Shown: positions 49,376-59,043 of the stretch, piece after piece | Numbering within the stretch: the stretch's first letter is position 1 | Layout: each line of letters begins with the position of its first letter | From: an uncultured Bacilli bacterium | Lineage (GTDB): Bacteria; Bacillota_I; Bacilli_A; RF39; UBA660 | Direction: 5' to 3' | DNA: 64,000 nucleotides | NCBI GenBank assembly: GCA_963931065.1 | Contig: OZ006970.1 | Location: 934,903 to 998,902, forward strand | Notes under the pieces: generated by a model | Databases searched by the model: none | The model's input: only the letters and a program-made list of their open reading frames with translations | Told to the model about the DNA's origin: nothing | Program-made: the position numbers and the translations under genes

Positions 49376-51214
49376 ATGGTAGTACAATCTATATATTTAA
49401 ATAAAGATAATGTTTCTAAAGAATCTTGGCTAAATTTAATAAATTATGTATGTAAATATAATGGCTATTTTAGAAATTTTAAAATAGTTGTAGAGATATT
49501 TAATAATAAAATAAAATATTATTTAGTTACTAAATATAAAGTTGCACCAACAATAAATTCTATAGATGATTTTTTAATAAAAGAAGAAGATATCAATATA
49601 GTAATAGATTATGAAAAAGCAAAACCTTTAGTTTTAGATATAGATAAAAATGCTGTAGAACTTTTTGATATTAGTAAATTAAAACATAATAGGGAACTAA
49701 GATATATTATTATTAATGTAACACCTTTATTTAATAAAAGATTATTTAAGACTTATATGTTCTTTAATAATAATAATAATTATATTAGAAGAAGATTTTT
49801 GATGGCTAGTCCTACTTATTTACTTAGTATTGATTTTAGTAATAATAAAAGATTTTCTTATGAAAAGAAAAATAAATATCTAAATTTAGAAAAAATATTA
49901 CCACTTTTAACAAATGATAATAAAGGAATATTTTGTGTAGATTCTTTTCCTTATTTAGGAAAAGAGATGTATTTAAATTATAAAGATTATGACTTTTTTA
50001 AACATTCTTTAATAATAGGAAGTAGTGGTAGTGGTAAATCTAAACTTATAAGCCTTTTAGTAAAGAATATAACACTAAATACTGATGATTATAAAGTTGT
50101 TATAATAGATCCCCATGCTTCAATAGAAAAAGATATAGGAGGTTTAAGTAAGACAAGAGTTATTGACTTTTTAAATGATAAAGTTGATTTATTTACATCA
50201 AATAGTACTAATATTGTAATAAAAAATGAATTAATGTTATCAGTATTTAAAAATTTAATGAAAGATGGGTATAATTTAAAACTAGAAAGAGTTTTACGCT
50301 ATACTATTTATTTATTATTAACTAAACAAGATTTTTCTTTTTCTAATATTAGAAAAGTTTTATTAGATTTAGAATATAGAAATAATTTAGTAAGAGAATT
50401 AACACCTTATTTAAATGATACAGTTATATCATTTTTCTTAACAGAATTTAATGATTTAAAGACTAATTATTATAATGAGAGTATTTCACCAATAATAAGT
50501 TTTATTGATGAAATGTTAGTATTTTCTACTTTTGATAAGTTTGATGAAAGTGTAATTGATGCAATTGATAAAAGTGATTTAACAATATTTTCATTAGATA
50601 GAAGTGCTTTAGGTGATAAGATTGTTAAAACTATCTCTTCTTTAGTAATGGAAGAAATATTAGAATCAGCGATAGAAGATAAATTAAATAAAAAATTACT
50701 TTTAGTTGTCGATGAAGTATCCTTACTTGAAAATCCTATTATGGAAAGACTTTTATCAGAATCTAGAAAGTTTGGTATTTCTCTAGTCCTTGCTGAACAG
50801 TATTTTGGACAAATTAGTAAAAAATTACAACAATCTATTTTCGCTAATGTTATAAATTATTATTCTTTTAGATTATCAAGAAGTGATGCTATTATTTTAA
50901 AAGATGTTTTAGAAGTTAAGTTTGCAAGAAATGTAGTTGATGATGATAAAATAAATTTATTTACAAACTTAAATAATAGAGAAGTAGTAGTAAGAGTTAG
51001 TAAAGATGAAAAAGTTTTACCAGTATTTAAAGCTAAGACTACTGACTTTGAAGCAGTCCCTTTACTTAGAGATAAAGTTAAGATATTTACTAAAATAAAA
51101 GATATATCAAATAATGTAAAGTTAAATTTATCTAATTATACAGATAAAAAATTAAAAGATATATTAGTAACTTTATCTAATAGTAGGAAAAGACATGGTG
51201 ATAAATATGAGTGA
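49376..51214 (+). CDS. HerA/FtsK-like P-loop ATPase (DUF87-type)
   Basis: Walker A 'GSSGSGKSK', Walker B 'LLVVDEVS'. ATG 49376 after AAAGGGGAG. Track start 49322 rejected because it lies inside the upstream terminator hairpin. Confidence 0.6.
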   Translation: MVVQSIYLNKDNVSKESWLNLINYVCKYNGYFRNFKIVVEIFNNKIKYYLVTKYKVAPTINSIDDFLIKEEDINIVIDYEKAKPLVLDIDKNAVELFDISKLKHNRELRYIIINVTPLFNKRLFKTYMFFNNNNNYIRRRFLMASPTYLLSIDFSNNKRFSYEKKNKYLNLEKILPLLTNDNKGIFCVDSFPYLGKEMYLNYKDYDFFKHSLIIGSSGSGKSKLISLLVKNITLNTDDYKVVIIDPHASIEKDIGGLSKTRVIDFLNDKVDLFTSNSTNIVIKNELMLSVFKNLMKDGYNLKLERVLRYTIYLLLTKQDFSFSNIRKVLLDLEYRNNLVRELTPYLNDTVISFFLTEFNDLKTNYYNESISPIISFIDEMLVFSTFDKFDESVIDAIDKSDLTIFSLDRSALGDKIVKTISSLVMEEILESAIEDKLNKKLLLVVDEVSLLENPIMERLLSESRKFGISLVLAEQYFGQISKKLQQSIFANVINYYSFRLSRSDAIILKDVLEVKFARNVVDDDKINLFTNLNNREVVVRVSKDEKVLPVFKAKTTDFEAVPLLRDKVKIFTKIKDISNNVKLNLSNYTDKKLKDILVTLSNSRKRHGDKYE

Positions 51215-51905
51215 TAAAGATGCTTTAATAATAATAGATAAGATTTTTAAGGCTGTGTTTTTAGTTAATAATACTAATACCTTAGAAGAAATCTTAAATA
51301 AGTATGCTTTTGATATAAAACTTCCTCGTAAAGTATATGATTATATAACTAACGAAGAAACTTATACAGATTTTGATAATGCTAAAGTTTTTATTACTAA
51401 AGATAATATGGAAAAGTTAGATAGTACAAAAGGTTTTATGTTAGAAAAAAAAGATTTTAAAAGTTTAGATGAAATTATAATGACATGGGAAAATATTAAT
51501 TCTATAACTACTAATAGATGTTATAACTCTACTTATGTATCTAAAAGTGATACTATTTATGACTCTAGTTATGTTTATAATTCTTCTAATTGTTCTAATT
51601 CAAAAAACATAGTGTTTTGTGATGGTTGCACTAAAAGTGAATACTTACTAGCATCACAAAGAAGTGGTAGTTGTACTTTTTCAATTAGAGTAGATGATTC
51701 TAGTAATTGTAGTAACTCTTATAGTGTTATTTGTTCTAATAAGATTAGTAATTCTATATTTATTCAAGATTGTTTTAATTTAGATGAGTGTATTTTTTGT
51801 TCTCATATTGCTAATAAAAAGTATTGTATTTGTAATATGCAATTTGAAAAAGATGAATATTTTACTATAAAAAACATAATAGTAAAGTGGATTGTTAATT
51901 CCTAG
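51207..51905 (+). CDS. Cys-rich hypothetical protein coupled to the HerA-like ATPase
   Basis: Repeated 'NCSNS' and CxxC-like clusters (CDGC, CIFCSH, CICN); 8-nt overlap with the ATPase gene. Confidence 0.4.
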   Translation: MSDKDALIIIDKIFKAVFLVNNTNTLEEILNKYAFDIKLPRKVYDYITNEETYTDFDNAKVFITKDNMEKLDSTKGFMLEKKDFKSLDEIIMTWENINSITTNRCYNSTYVSKSDTIYDSSYVYNSSNCSNSKNIVFCDGCTKSEYLLASQRSGSCTFSIRVDDSSNCSNSYSVICSNKISNSIFIQDCFNLDECIFCSHIANKKYCICNMQFEKDEYFTIKNIIVKWIVNS

Positions 51906-52048
51906 TATCAAACTATCATATTAAGCATATTATATTTAGAATACAAATTGTAAAAAAAGCTTGAATTTTTTAAAAAAATATGCTAAAATTTTACTCGTAT
52001 TATGGTTAGGGACTCCTAACCTATATTAATATTTTTGAGGTGATTATA

Positions 52049-52522
52049 ATGGGAAACAAAAAAGTAGTTTATTTAACAGAAGATGGACTTAATGATTTAA
52101 AAAATGAGTTAAGTGAATTAATAAATGAGAAAAGACCTGCTAATATACAGGCTATTAAAGAAGCTCGTAGTTTAGGAGATTTATCTGAAAATGCTGACTA
52201 TGATGCTGCTAAAAATGAACAAGCACAAATAGAAGGTAGAATTAAAACTATTGAGAAAATGCTTGAAAATGTAGAAATTATTAAAGATATTCCAAAAGAT
52301 GTAGTAGGCCTTGGTAGCACTGTTTCTATTAAGTATGCAGATGATCCTGATGATACTGATGAATATAAAATAGTAGGAAGTCAAGAAGCAGATCCTTTTG
52401 AAGGAAGGATTTCTAATGAAAGTCCTATCGCTAAAGCTTTACTTAATCATAAAGTAGGAGATATTATTACTGTAGAAAGTCCTAATGGAAGTTATGATGT
52501 TGAAATAACTGAAATAAAATAG
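52049..52522 (+). CDS. greA: Transcription elongation factor GreA
   Basis: 'LTEDGLNDLKNEL...RSLGDLSENADYDAAK' coiled-coil and FKBP-like C-terminus; ATG 52049 after GAGGTG. Confidence 0.9.
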   Translation: MGNKKVVYLTEDGLNDLKNELSELINEKRPANIQAIKEARSLGDLSENADYDAAKNEQAQIEGRIKTIEKMLENVEIIKDIPKDVVGLGSTVSIKYADDPDDTDEYKIVGSQEADPFEGRISNESPIAKALLNHKVGDIITVESPNGSYDVEITEIK

Positions 52523-52561
52523 TCCATAGGACTTTTTAAATGAAAATAAGGCAAATAAGCC

Positions 52562-52729
52562 TTATCTTCTATAAAATGGATACATTGGATACATAGGATA
52601 GAATGGATATATTGGATAATAGAAGTTAGGTCTATTATAACTACCTAATCCATATCCTATAACACCACCAACAATTAAAGGAATGAAGCCACTTCTATTA
52701 TTATTTTGGTAATTAAATCTATTATACAT
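52562..52729 (-). CDS. Unannotated small (55-aa) Tyr/Pro-rich protein with a central hydrophobic segment
   Basis: Translation MYNRFNYQNNNRSGFIPLIVGGVIGYGLGSYNRPNFYYPIYPFYPMYPMYPFYRR; consensus RBS AAAGGAGGAAAGG 7 nt upstream; own terminator hairpin ATAAGGC...GCCTTAT downstream. Confidence 0.6.
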   Translation of the reverse strand: MYNRFNYQNNNRSGFIPLIVGGVIGYGLGSYNRPNFYYPIYPFYPMYPMYPFYRR

Positions 52730-52862
52730 AACCTTTCCTCCTTTATTTGTAGTTTATGTCTAATAGTAAAATAGATAAGTTTTTTTGCCTAAAAAACCAA
52801 AAACTGTTGTTTTCATTTTTTTAAGATTGTGTTACAATTAATTTAAGTTAGAGGTGATGATA

Positions 52863-53372
52863 ATGAAAAGTAAAAAGAATCAAAAACAAAATTATATAGT
52901 TTTAGTAGTTATATATATAGTTGTAATTGCTATAGTTTTATATTTAGCAAGTCTTTATAATACCTATAAGAATTATCAAAAGGAAATACCAGTTTTAGAA
53001 AATATTATTTCAGAGATTAATCCTAATGAGGTTGAACATTATTTGACAGAAAATCCCTCCCCAATTTTATATTTATGTACTGCAAGTGATGATGAATGTA
53101 GAGAGTTTGAAGAGACAATAAAGTCACCTTTAGAGAAGAATAATTATGAAGATATAGTATATGTTAATTTAGAAGATGTAGATAATAAAAAGTCCTTTAT
53201 ACAAAATTTATTAGATAAATATGGTCAAGATTTTAGTATAGAAAGAATCCCTTGTTTAATTAAGTTTACAGAAGGAAAGATTCAAGCGATAGAAGATGGA
53301 CTTAATGGAGCATTATTAACTAGGGATGAAGCTTTAAACTTTTTTGATATCAATGATAAAGCAGGACAATAA
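52863..53372 (+). CDS. Membrane-anchored hypothetical protein (possible thioredoxin-like fold)
   Basis: N-terminal TM helix; ATG 52863 after GAGGTG. Confidence 0.35.
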   Translation: MKSKKNQKQNYIVLVVIYIVVIAIVLYLASLYNTYKNYQKEIPVLENIISEINPNEVEHYLTENPSPILYLCTASDDECREFEETIKSPLEKNNYEDIVYVNLEDVDNKKSFIQNLLDKYGQDFSIERIPCLIKFTEGKIQAIEDGLNGALLTRDEALNFFDINDKAGQ

Positions 53373-53399
53373 GTCTTGTTTTAGTTTAGGAGGATAGAT

Positions 53400-53921
53400 A
53401 TGAATAATATAGTATTATTTGAGCCTGAAATACCCCAAAATACTGGTAATATTATGAGAACTTGTGTTGGTACTAATACAAAGTTACATTTAATTAAACC
53501 TTTAGGATTTTCTTTAGATGATAAACATATGAAAAGAAGTGCTGTTAACTATATAGAAAAACTAGATTACAAGGTCTATGAAAACTGGGATGATTTTAAG
53601 TCTAAAAATAAAGGTGTTTATTATTATTTAACACGATATGGAAGGAAACCTCATACTAGTTTTGATTATAGTAATAAAGATAATTTAAATTTATATTTTA
53701 TTTTCGGTAAAGAGTCTACTGGTATTCCTAAAGAGATATTAAAAGATGATTTATCTCATTGTCTTAGAATACCAATGACTTCTAATATTAGAGCTTTAAA
53801 TGTCTCTAATAGTGTAGCGATTGTTATATATGAAGTCTTAAGACAACAAAATTTTAATGATTTACTAAAAGAAGAACCAGAAGGGGATTCTTTTAAAAGA
53901 GCCGACTATTTAGAAAGATAA
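53400..53921 (+). CDS. trmL: tRNA (cytidine/uridine-2′-O)-methyltransferase TrmL (SpoU family)
   Basis: 'IVLFEPEIPQNTGNIMRTC' and SPOUT knot motifs. Confidence 0.85.
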   Translation: MNNIVLFEPEIPQNTGNIMRTCVGTNTKLHLIKPLGFSLDDKHMKRSAVNYIEKLDYKVYENWDDFKSKNKGVYYYLTRYGRKPHTSFDYSNKDNLNLYFIFGKESTGIPKEILKDDLSHCLRIPMTSNIRALNVSNSVAIVIYEVLRQQNFNDLLKEEPEGDSFKRADYLER

Positions 53922-54006
53922 TACTCTTAATTTTGCTCAAAAAAATGTTTGACAAAATGGAAGTGATATGATATTATATCAGCACGCAGTAAGAAAGGAG
54001 CAATTA

Positions 54007-54264
54007 ATGAGTAAAATGAATTTTCACTTTAGTTATGATACAACACAACGCTTAGCAGATGCTAGATGTGGAATAATTAGTTATAATGTTGTAAGAAAAC
54101 AACCATTTACAATCATTCAAACTAAACCTCCTATTCCAAACGAGTCAAATGATTATAATAAATCATTTGATTTAGATGAGTTTTTAAAAGAAACTGAAGG
54201 ACTAAGTTATGAAGAAATAAGAAATGGTGTGAATGAAAGTTATAATATATGTAAAAAAAGATAG
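54007..54264 (+). CDS. Hypothetical small protein
   Basis: Promoter TTGACA-17-TATGATATTAT at 53945–53977 and RBS AAAGGAG place the start at 54007 rather than 53968. Confidence 0.35.
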   Translation: MSKMNFHFSYDTTQRLADARCGIISYNVVRKQPFTIIQTKPPIPNESNDYNKSFDLDEFLKETEGLSYEEIRNGVNESYNICKKR

Positions 54265-54284
54265 GCACATAACCTATCTTTTTA

Positions 54285-54464
54285 CTAAGCAGCTTTTTCT
54301 TGTTTTCTTAAACTTCTAATTTCTCTTGCACTCATTCTAATTTTTGTTCCATCTTCAAGTCTTATTACTTGTAAATTTGGTTTTTGTTGTCTTTTAGTAG
54401 CATTTAAAGCGTGTGATCTACTATTTCCAGTTAAAGGCTTTTTGCTAGTAACTTTCTTTGCCAT
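54285..54464 (-). CDS. rpmB: 50S ribosomal protein L28 (Cys-less type), missed by the ORF track
   Basis: Translation MAKKVTSKKPLTGNSRSHALNATKRQQKPNLQVIRLEDGTKIRMSAREIRSLRKQEKAA matches the L28 pattern (GNxxSHAxNxTKR..PNLQ); RBS GGAGGAA; bidirectional terminator at 54258–54283. Confidence 0.85.
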   Translation of the reverse strand: MAKKVTSKKPLTGNSRSHALNATKRQQKPNLQVIRLEDGTKIRMSAREIRSLRKQEKAA

Positions 54465-54600
54465 AATAATTCCTCCTTTACTAAACGTTTCTGCTTTATA
54501 ACTTTATCATATTTATGTTATAAAGTCAAATAAAATCGCATAAAAATATTGACTCTACATACATCTGTATGCTATAAAAGAAGAAAGGAGAGTGATTGTT

Positions 54601-57561
54601 ATGTACAATATGTTATATGTTAAGAGTAATTACTCTCTTTTATCAAGTCTTTTAACGATAGATGATATTATAGACTATAATATTAAAAATAATAAAACTA
54701 GTGCCATTCTTTGTGATGATAATATGTATGGAGTAATGGAGTTCATTAAAAAGTGTAATATCAAGAAACTAAAACCTGTAATTGGACTAGAGGTTTCTAT
54801 TAATAATTATAAAGTACTTTTATATATAAAAAATTATCAAGGATATCTTAACTTAATAAAAATATGTACTAAGATAAATGATAATAGTATTACAATAGAC
54901 GATATTATTAACTATAAAGATAATCTTTTCTTTTTAATACCCTTTTCTAGTTTAGAATTTTATAAAGAATATAAAGATAAAATCAATGATATTTATCTTG
55001 GCTTTAGTAATAAAAAAGAAGAAAGTGAAGCCTTAGTTATTACTAAAGATATAGTTTATTTAAAGCCTTGCTTATATAAGAGTAGGGAGTATAGTAATTA
55101 CTTAAAATATCTTTATTTAATTAGAGATGGTAAGACTATAAACGATAATATTACTTATGATACTCTAAATAAAGAATTAGATGTTAATGATGTTATTAAT
55201 ACATATAGTAATATAGGACTGCTTAATACTTTAAAGATAGTAGATCTTTGTAATTTAGAATTTCCTAAGTCAAGTTTATTACTACCTATATATGAGACTC
55301 CTAAAGGAGTAGATTCATCTATTTATTTAGTATCTTTATCAAGAATAGGTCTTGCTAAAAGACTTAATAATAATGTTCCTAAAGATTATCTTAATAGATT
55401 AAACTATGAACTTAATATAATTAATCATATGGGTTTTGCTAACTACTTTCTTGTTGTTTATGATTTTATTAGATATGCTAAAAAGAAAGGTATCTTAGTA
55501 GGACCTGGTAGAGGTAGTGCTGCTGGGTCTTTAGTAGCATACTCACTTGGTATTACAGAAATTGATCCCTTAAAATATAATTTATTATTTGAAAGATTCT
55601 TAAATCCAGAACGCAAAACTATGCCTGATATAGATACAGATATACCTGATATTTATAGAGATGATATTATTAATTATGTTACGGATAAATATGGTAAAAA
55701 AAAGGTATCTGGAATAGTAACTTTTGGAACTCTTGCTGCTAAACAAGTATTAAGAGACATTTCTCGTGTATTTAGTGTACCTTTATATAAAGTAGATAAA
55801 TTAACATCTTTTATACCTGTTATGTCCAATAAGAAGTTAATTGATTTTTATAAAGAAAATAAAGAGTTTAGAGAATATATTAATAGTGATGAACTATTAT
55901 CTAAAGTCTATAAAATAGCATCTATTATTGAAGGATTCCCAAGACAAATTGGAACACACGCAGCGGGTATTGTTATGTGTAAGAAAGACTTGGATGAAGT
56001 AATACCTCTAACTAAAAGTGATGATATGTATTTAACTGGTTATTCTATGAATTACTTAGAAGAGTTAGGCCTATTAAAGATGGATTTTTTAGGAATTAGG
56101 AATCTTACTATTATTATGAATGTAATAGATATGATTTATAAAACGAAAGGGATAAAAATAGATTTTAATACAATTCCTTTAGATGATAAAGAAACTTATG
56201 ATTTATTTACAAGGAGCGATACAAGTGGTATTTTTCAATTTGAATCTAATGGCATGAGAGGTTTTCTTAGAAAACTTAAACCTAGTAGTTTTGATGATTT
56301 AATCGCTGCAATTGCCTTATTTAGACCTGGTCCTGCTGAAAATATTGATTTATATATTGCAAGACGTGAAGGACGCGAAAAAGTTATTTATCAAGATAAA
56401 GTATTAGAGCCTATCTTAAAAGAAACATATGGTATTATGATATATCAAGAACAAATAATGCAAGTAGCACATATTTATGCAGGTTATAGTCTAGGAGAAG
56501 CAGATATACTAAGAAGAGCGATTAGTAAGAAAAAAGTAGATGTTTTAAAGAATGAAGAAAGCAAATTCATAAGTAAAGCGAAAAGATTAGGACATGATGA
56601 AGTTACTTCAAAAACAATATTTGCAAGTATTATGAAGTTTGCAGGTTATGGTTTTAATAAATCTCATGCTGTTGCCTACTCACTAGTCGCTTATAAAATG
56701 GCTTATTTAAAAGTACATTATAAGTTAGAGTTTTATGCTAATTTACTTAATAATGTAATAGGAGCATCATCTAAAATGCAAGAATATATAAGAGAAGTTA
56801 GAAGCCATAACTTAAAAGTATTAAAACCTGATATTAATAAAAGTACTAATAAATTTGTTATAGATGATAATAACATAGTCTTCCCATTTTCTACTATTAA
56901 AGGTGTAGGAACAAGTGTCTCTAGTTTAGTAATAAAAGCAAGAGATAGAAAATTTACTGATATATATGATGCTTTCTCTAAGTTAGTTAGAGGGGGAGTT
57001 ACTAAAAAACAATTAGAAAGTTTAATTAATGCTGATACTTTTAGAAATTTTGGTTTTAATAAAAAAACTCTTATTACTAATTTAGACAGTCTAGTTAATT
57101 ATGGAAGTTTAACTATAGATTTAGACGAGTCTTTAGTATTAAAACCAGAACTTATTATTACTAATGAATATCAAGATAGTGTTTTATTAGAACAAGAGAT
57201 AGAGTGCTTTGGTTTTTATATTAGTAATCATCCTGTAACTTCTTATAAAAGTAAATATCAAAATATTGTTAGTATTAATAATTTAAGTAATTATTTTAAT
57301 AGAATAGTTAATGTTATGATAATGGTAGATAAAGTTAAAGCGATTAAGACTAAGAAAAATGAAGATATGGCTTTTGTAACTAGTAGTGATGAAACAGGAA
57401 GTATTGATTTTATCTTTTTTCCTAGAGTATATAAAAATAATATAGATATTAAAAAAGGAGATATTTGTATATTTACAGGGACAGTAGAAAAAAGATTTAA
57501 TGAGTTACAATTAATAGTTAGTAAAGTAGAATATATAAGGAGAGAAAATGAAGAAGAGTAA
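54601..57561 (+). CDS. dnaE: DNA polymerase III alpha subunit (DnaE-type)
   Basis: PHP domain, 'GPGRGSAAGSLVAYSLGITEIDP' palm motif, OB fold near the C-terminus; ATG 54601 after AAAGGAGAG. Confidence 0.9.
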   Translation: MYNMLYVKSNYSLLSSLLTIDDIIDYNIKNNKTSAILCDDNMYGVMEFIKKCNIKKLKPVIGLEVSINNYKVLLYIKNYQGYLNLIKICTKINDNSITIDDIINYKDNLFFLIPFSSLEFYKEYKDKINDIYLGFSNKKEESEALVITKDIVYLKPCLYKSREYSNYLKYLYLIRDGKTINDNITYDTLNKELDVNDVINTYSNIGLLNTLKIVDLCNLEFPKSSLLLPIYETPKGVDSSIYLVSLSRIGLAKRLNNNVPKDYLNRLNYELNIINHMGFANYFLVVYDFIRYAKKKGILVGPGRGSAAGSLVAYSLGITEIDPLKYNLLFERFLNPERKTMPDIDTDIPDIYRDDIINYVTDKYGKKKVSGIVTFGTLAAKQVLRDISRVFSVPLYKVDKLTSFIPVMSNKKLIDFYKENKEFREYINSDELLSKVYKIASIIEGFPRQIGTHAAGIVMCKKDLDEVIPLTKSDDMYLTGYSMNYLEELGLLKMDFLGIRNLTIIMNVIDMIYKTKGIKIDFNTIPLDDKETYDLFTRSDTSGIFQFESNGMRGFLRKLKPSSFDDLIAAIALFRPGPAENIDLYIARREGREKVIYQDKVLEPILKETYGIMIYQEQIMQVAHIYAGYSLGEADILRRAISKKKVDVLKNEESKFISKAKRLGHDEVTSKTIFASIMKFAGYGFNKSHAVAYSLVAYKMAYLKVHYKLEFYANLLNNVIGASSKMQEYIREVRSHNLKVLKPDINKSTNKFVIDDNNIVFPFSTIKGVGTSVSSLVIKARDRKFTDIYDAFSKLVRGGVTKKQLESLINADTFRNFGFNKKTLITNLDSLVNYGSLTIDLDESLVLKPELIITNEYQDSVLLEQEIECFGFYISNHPVTSYKSKYQNIVSINNLSNYFNRIVNVMIMVDKVKAIKTKKNEDMAFVTSSDETGSIDFIFFPRVYKNNIDIKKGDICIFTGTVEKRFNELQLIVSKVEYIRRENEEE

Positions 57562-58027
57562 TATTATATTAGTATGCTTTTTAATTAGTTTTTTATTAAG
57601 CTTAGATTTAGTTTTAAAATATATAGTTAGTAATTATTTAACATCTATTAATATTATAGATAACTTCTTTTCCTTAACCTATGTTTTAAATGATGGCGCT
57701 GCTTTTTCTTTATTTAGAGGTAATATTTATATATTAATAATTATTGCAATAATTTGTTTATTCTTTATAATCTATGAGCTAAAGAATAACTTAAATGATA
57801 GAATACTTTCTATAGGTTATTCTCTATTATTAGCAGGACTATTAGGTAATTTTATAGATAGATTAATAGATGGTTATGTAGTTGATTATTTATCATTTAA
57901 ATTACTTGGATACAACTATCCTATCTTTAACTTTGCAGATATATTAATAGTAGTAGGGATAATTATTGTTATAATAAAAGAAGTTTTAAAGGAAAGAGGT
58001 AAAAAAGATGAAGTTAGAAGTAAATAG
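57548..58027 (+). CDS. lspA: Lipoprotein signal peptidase II
   Basis: 4-TM protein with 'NDGAAFSL' and 'FNFADI' LspA motifs. Confidence 0.85.
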   Translation: MKKSNIILVCFLISFLLSLDLVLKYIVSNYLTSINIIDNFFSLTYVLNDGAAFSLFRGNIYILIIIAIICLFFIIYELKNNLNDRILSIGYSLLLAGLLGNFIDRLIDGYVVDYLSFKLLGYNYPIFNFADILIVVGIIIVIIKEVLKERGKKDEVRSK

Positions 58028-58910
58028 TGAAGGAAATAGACTTGATAGTTATATTGCAAGTAACAGTGATTTATCTAGAAGTAAAGTATCTAAACTAATA
58101 AGTGATAATAAAGTCCTTGTTAATGGTAAAGAGAAAAATGCTAGTTATAAAGTAAAGCTAGGGGATATTATTGAAGTAAGTGTTGATGATGAAATTAATT
58201 TAGATGACTTACAGCCTACTAATATTCCTTTAGATATTATTTACGAAGATGAATACTTAATGATTATTAATAAAGAAAGTGGCCTTGTAGTTCATCCTGC
58301 TCCAGGTCATGTTACTGATACATTAGTTAATGCCCTTATTTACCACTCTAAAGTAAGTAGCGATGGTACCTTTAGACCAGGTATTGTTCATCGTCTTGAT
58401 AAAGATACTAGTGGTTTAATGGTAGTTGCTAAAGATGCTAAGACTATGGAACTTTTAAGTGATATGATAAAAAATAAAAAGATAGAAAGACATTATCTTG
58501 CAATTGTAGATAGCGTTATTTTACATGATACAGGAACAATTGATGCTCCTATTGGAAGGGATGAATTTAATAGACAAAAGATGGCTGTAACATCCAATAA
58601 TAGTAAAGAGGCAATAACTAATTTTAAAGTCTTAAAAAGATTTAATAATAATACTTTAATAGAGTGTATTTTAGAGACTGGTAGAACTCATCAAATAAGA
58701 GTACATCTTAACTACATTAAACATCCAGTTTCTAATGACCCTTTATATGGTAATCATAAAAATGTAACAGAGTTTGGGCAAATGCTACACTCTAAAAGTA
58801 TTAGATTTATTCATCCTATTACAGGTAAAGAGTTATATTTTGAGAAAACACCACCTAAAGAGTTCTTAGATTATTTAAAGACTTTGGAGAGTGAAAAAAC
58901 TTTTAATTAA
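58008..58910 (+). CDS. rluD: RluA/RluD-family 23S rRNA pseudouridine synthase
   Basis: S4 domain plus 'HRLDKDTSGLMVVAK' catalytic Asp motif. Confidence 0.85.
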   Translation: MKLEVNSEGNRLDSYIASNSDLSRSKVSKLISDNKVLVNGKEKNASYKVKLGDIIEVSVDDEINLDDLQPTNIPLDIIYEDEYLMIINKESGLVVHPAPGHVTDTLVNALIYHSKVSSDGTFRPGIVHRLDKDTSGLMVVAKDAKTMELLSDMIKNKKIERHYLAIVDSVILHDTGTIDAPIGRDEFNRQKMAVTSNNSKEAITNFKVLKRFNNNTLIECILETGRTHQIRVHLNYIKHPVSNDPLYGNHKNVTEFGQMLHSKSIRFIHPITGKELYFEKTPPKEFLDYLKTLESEKTFN

Positions 58911-59043
58911 TATATAGGTGCGTAATATATTAATATCTTTAGATATTTTATAAGTAATATTTAATAATTAAATAAAATATGGATGGAATAAGAAACGACA
59001 AATTACTCGCTTCTTTTTTTATATACTTAAAACGGTGGTAGGA

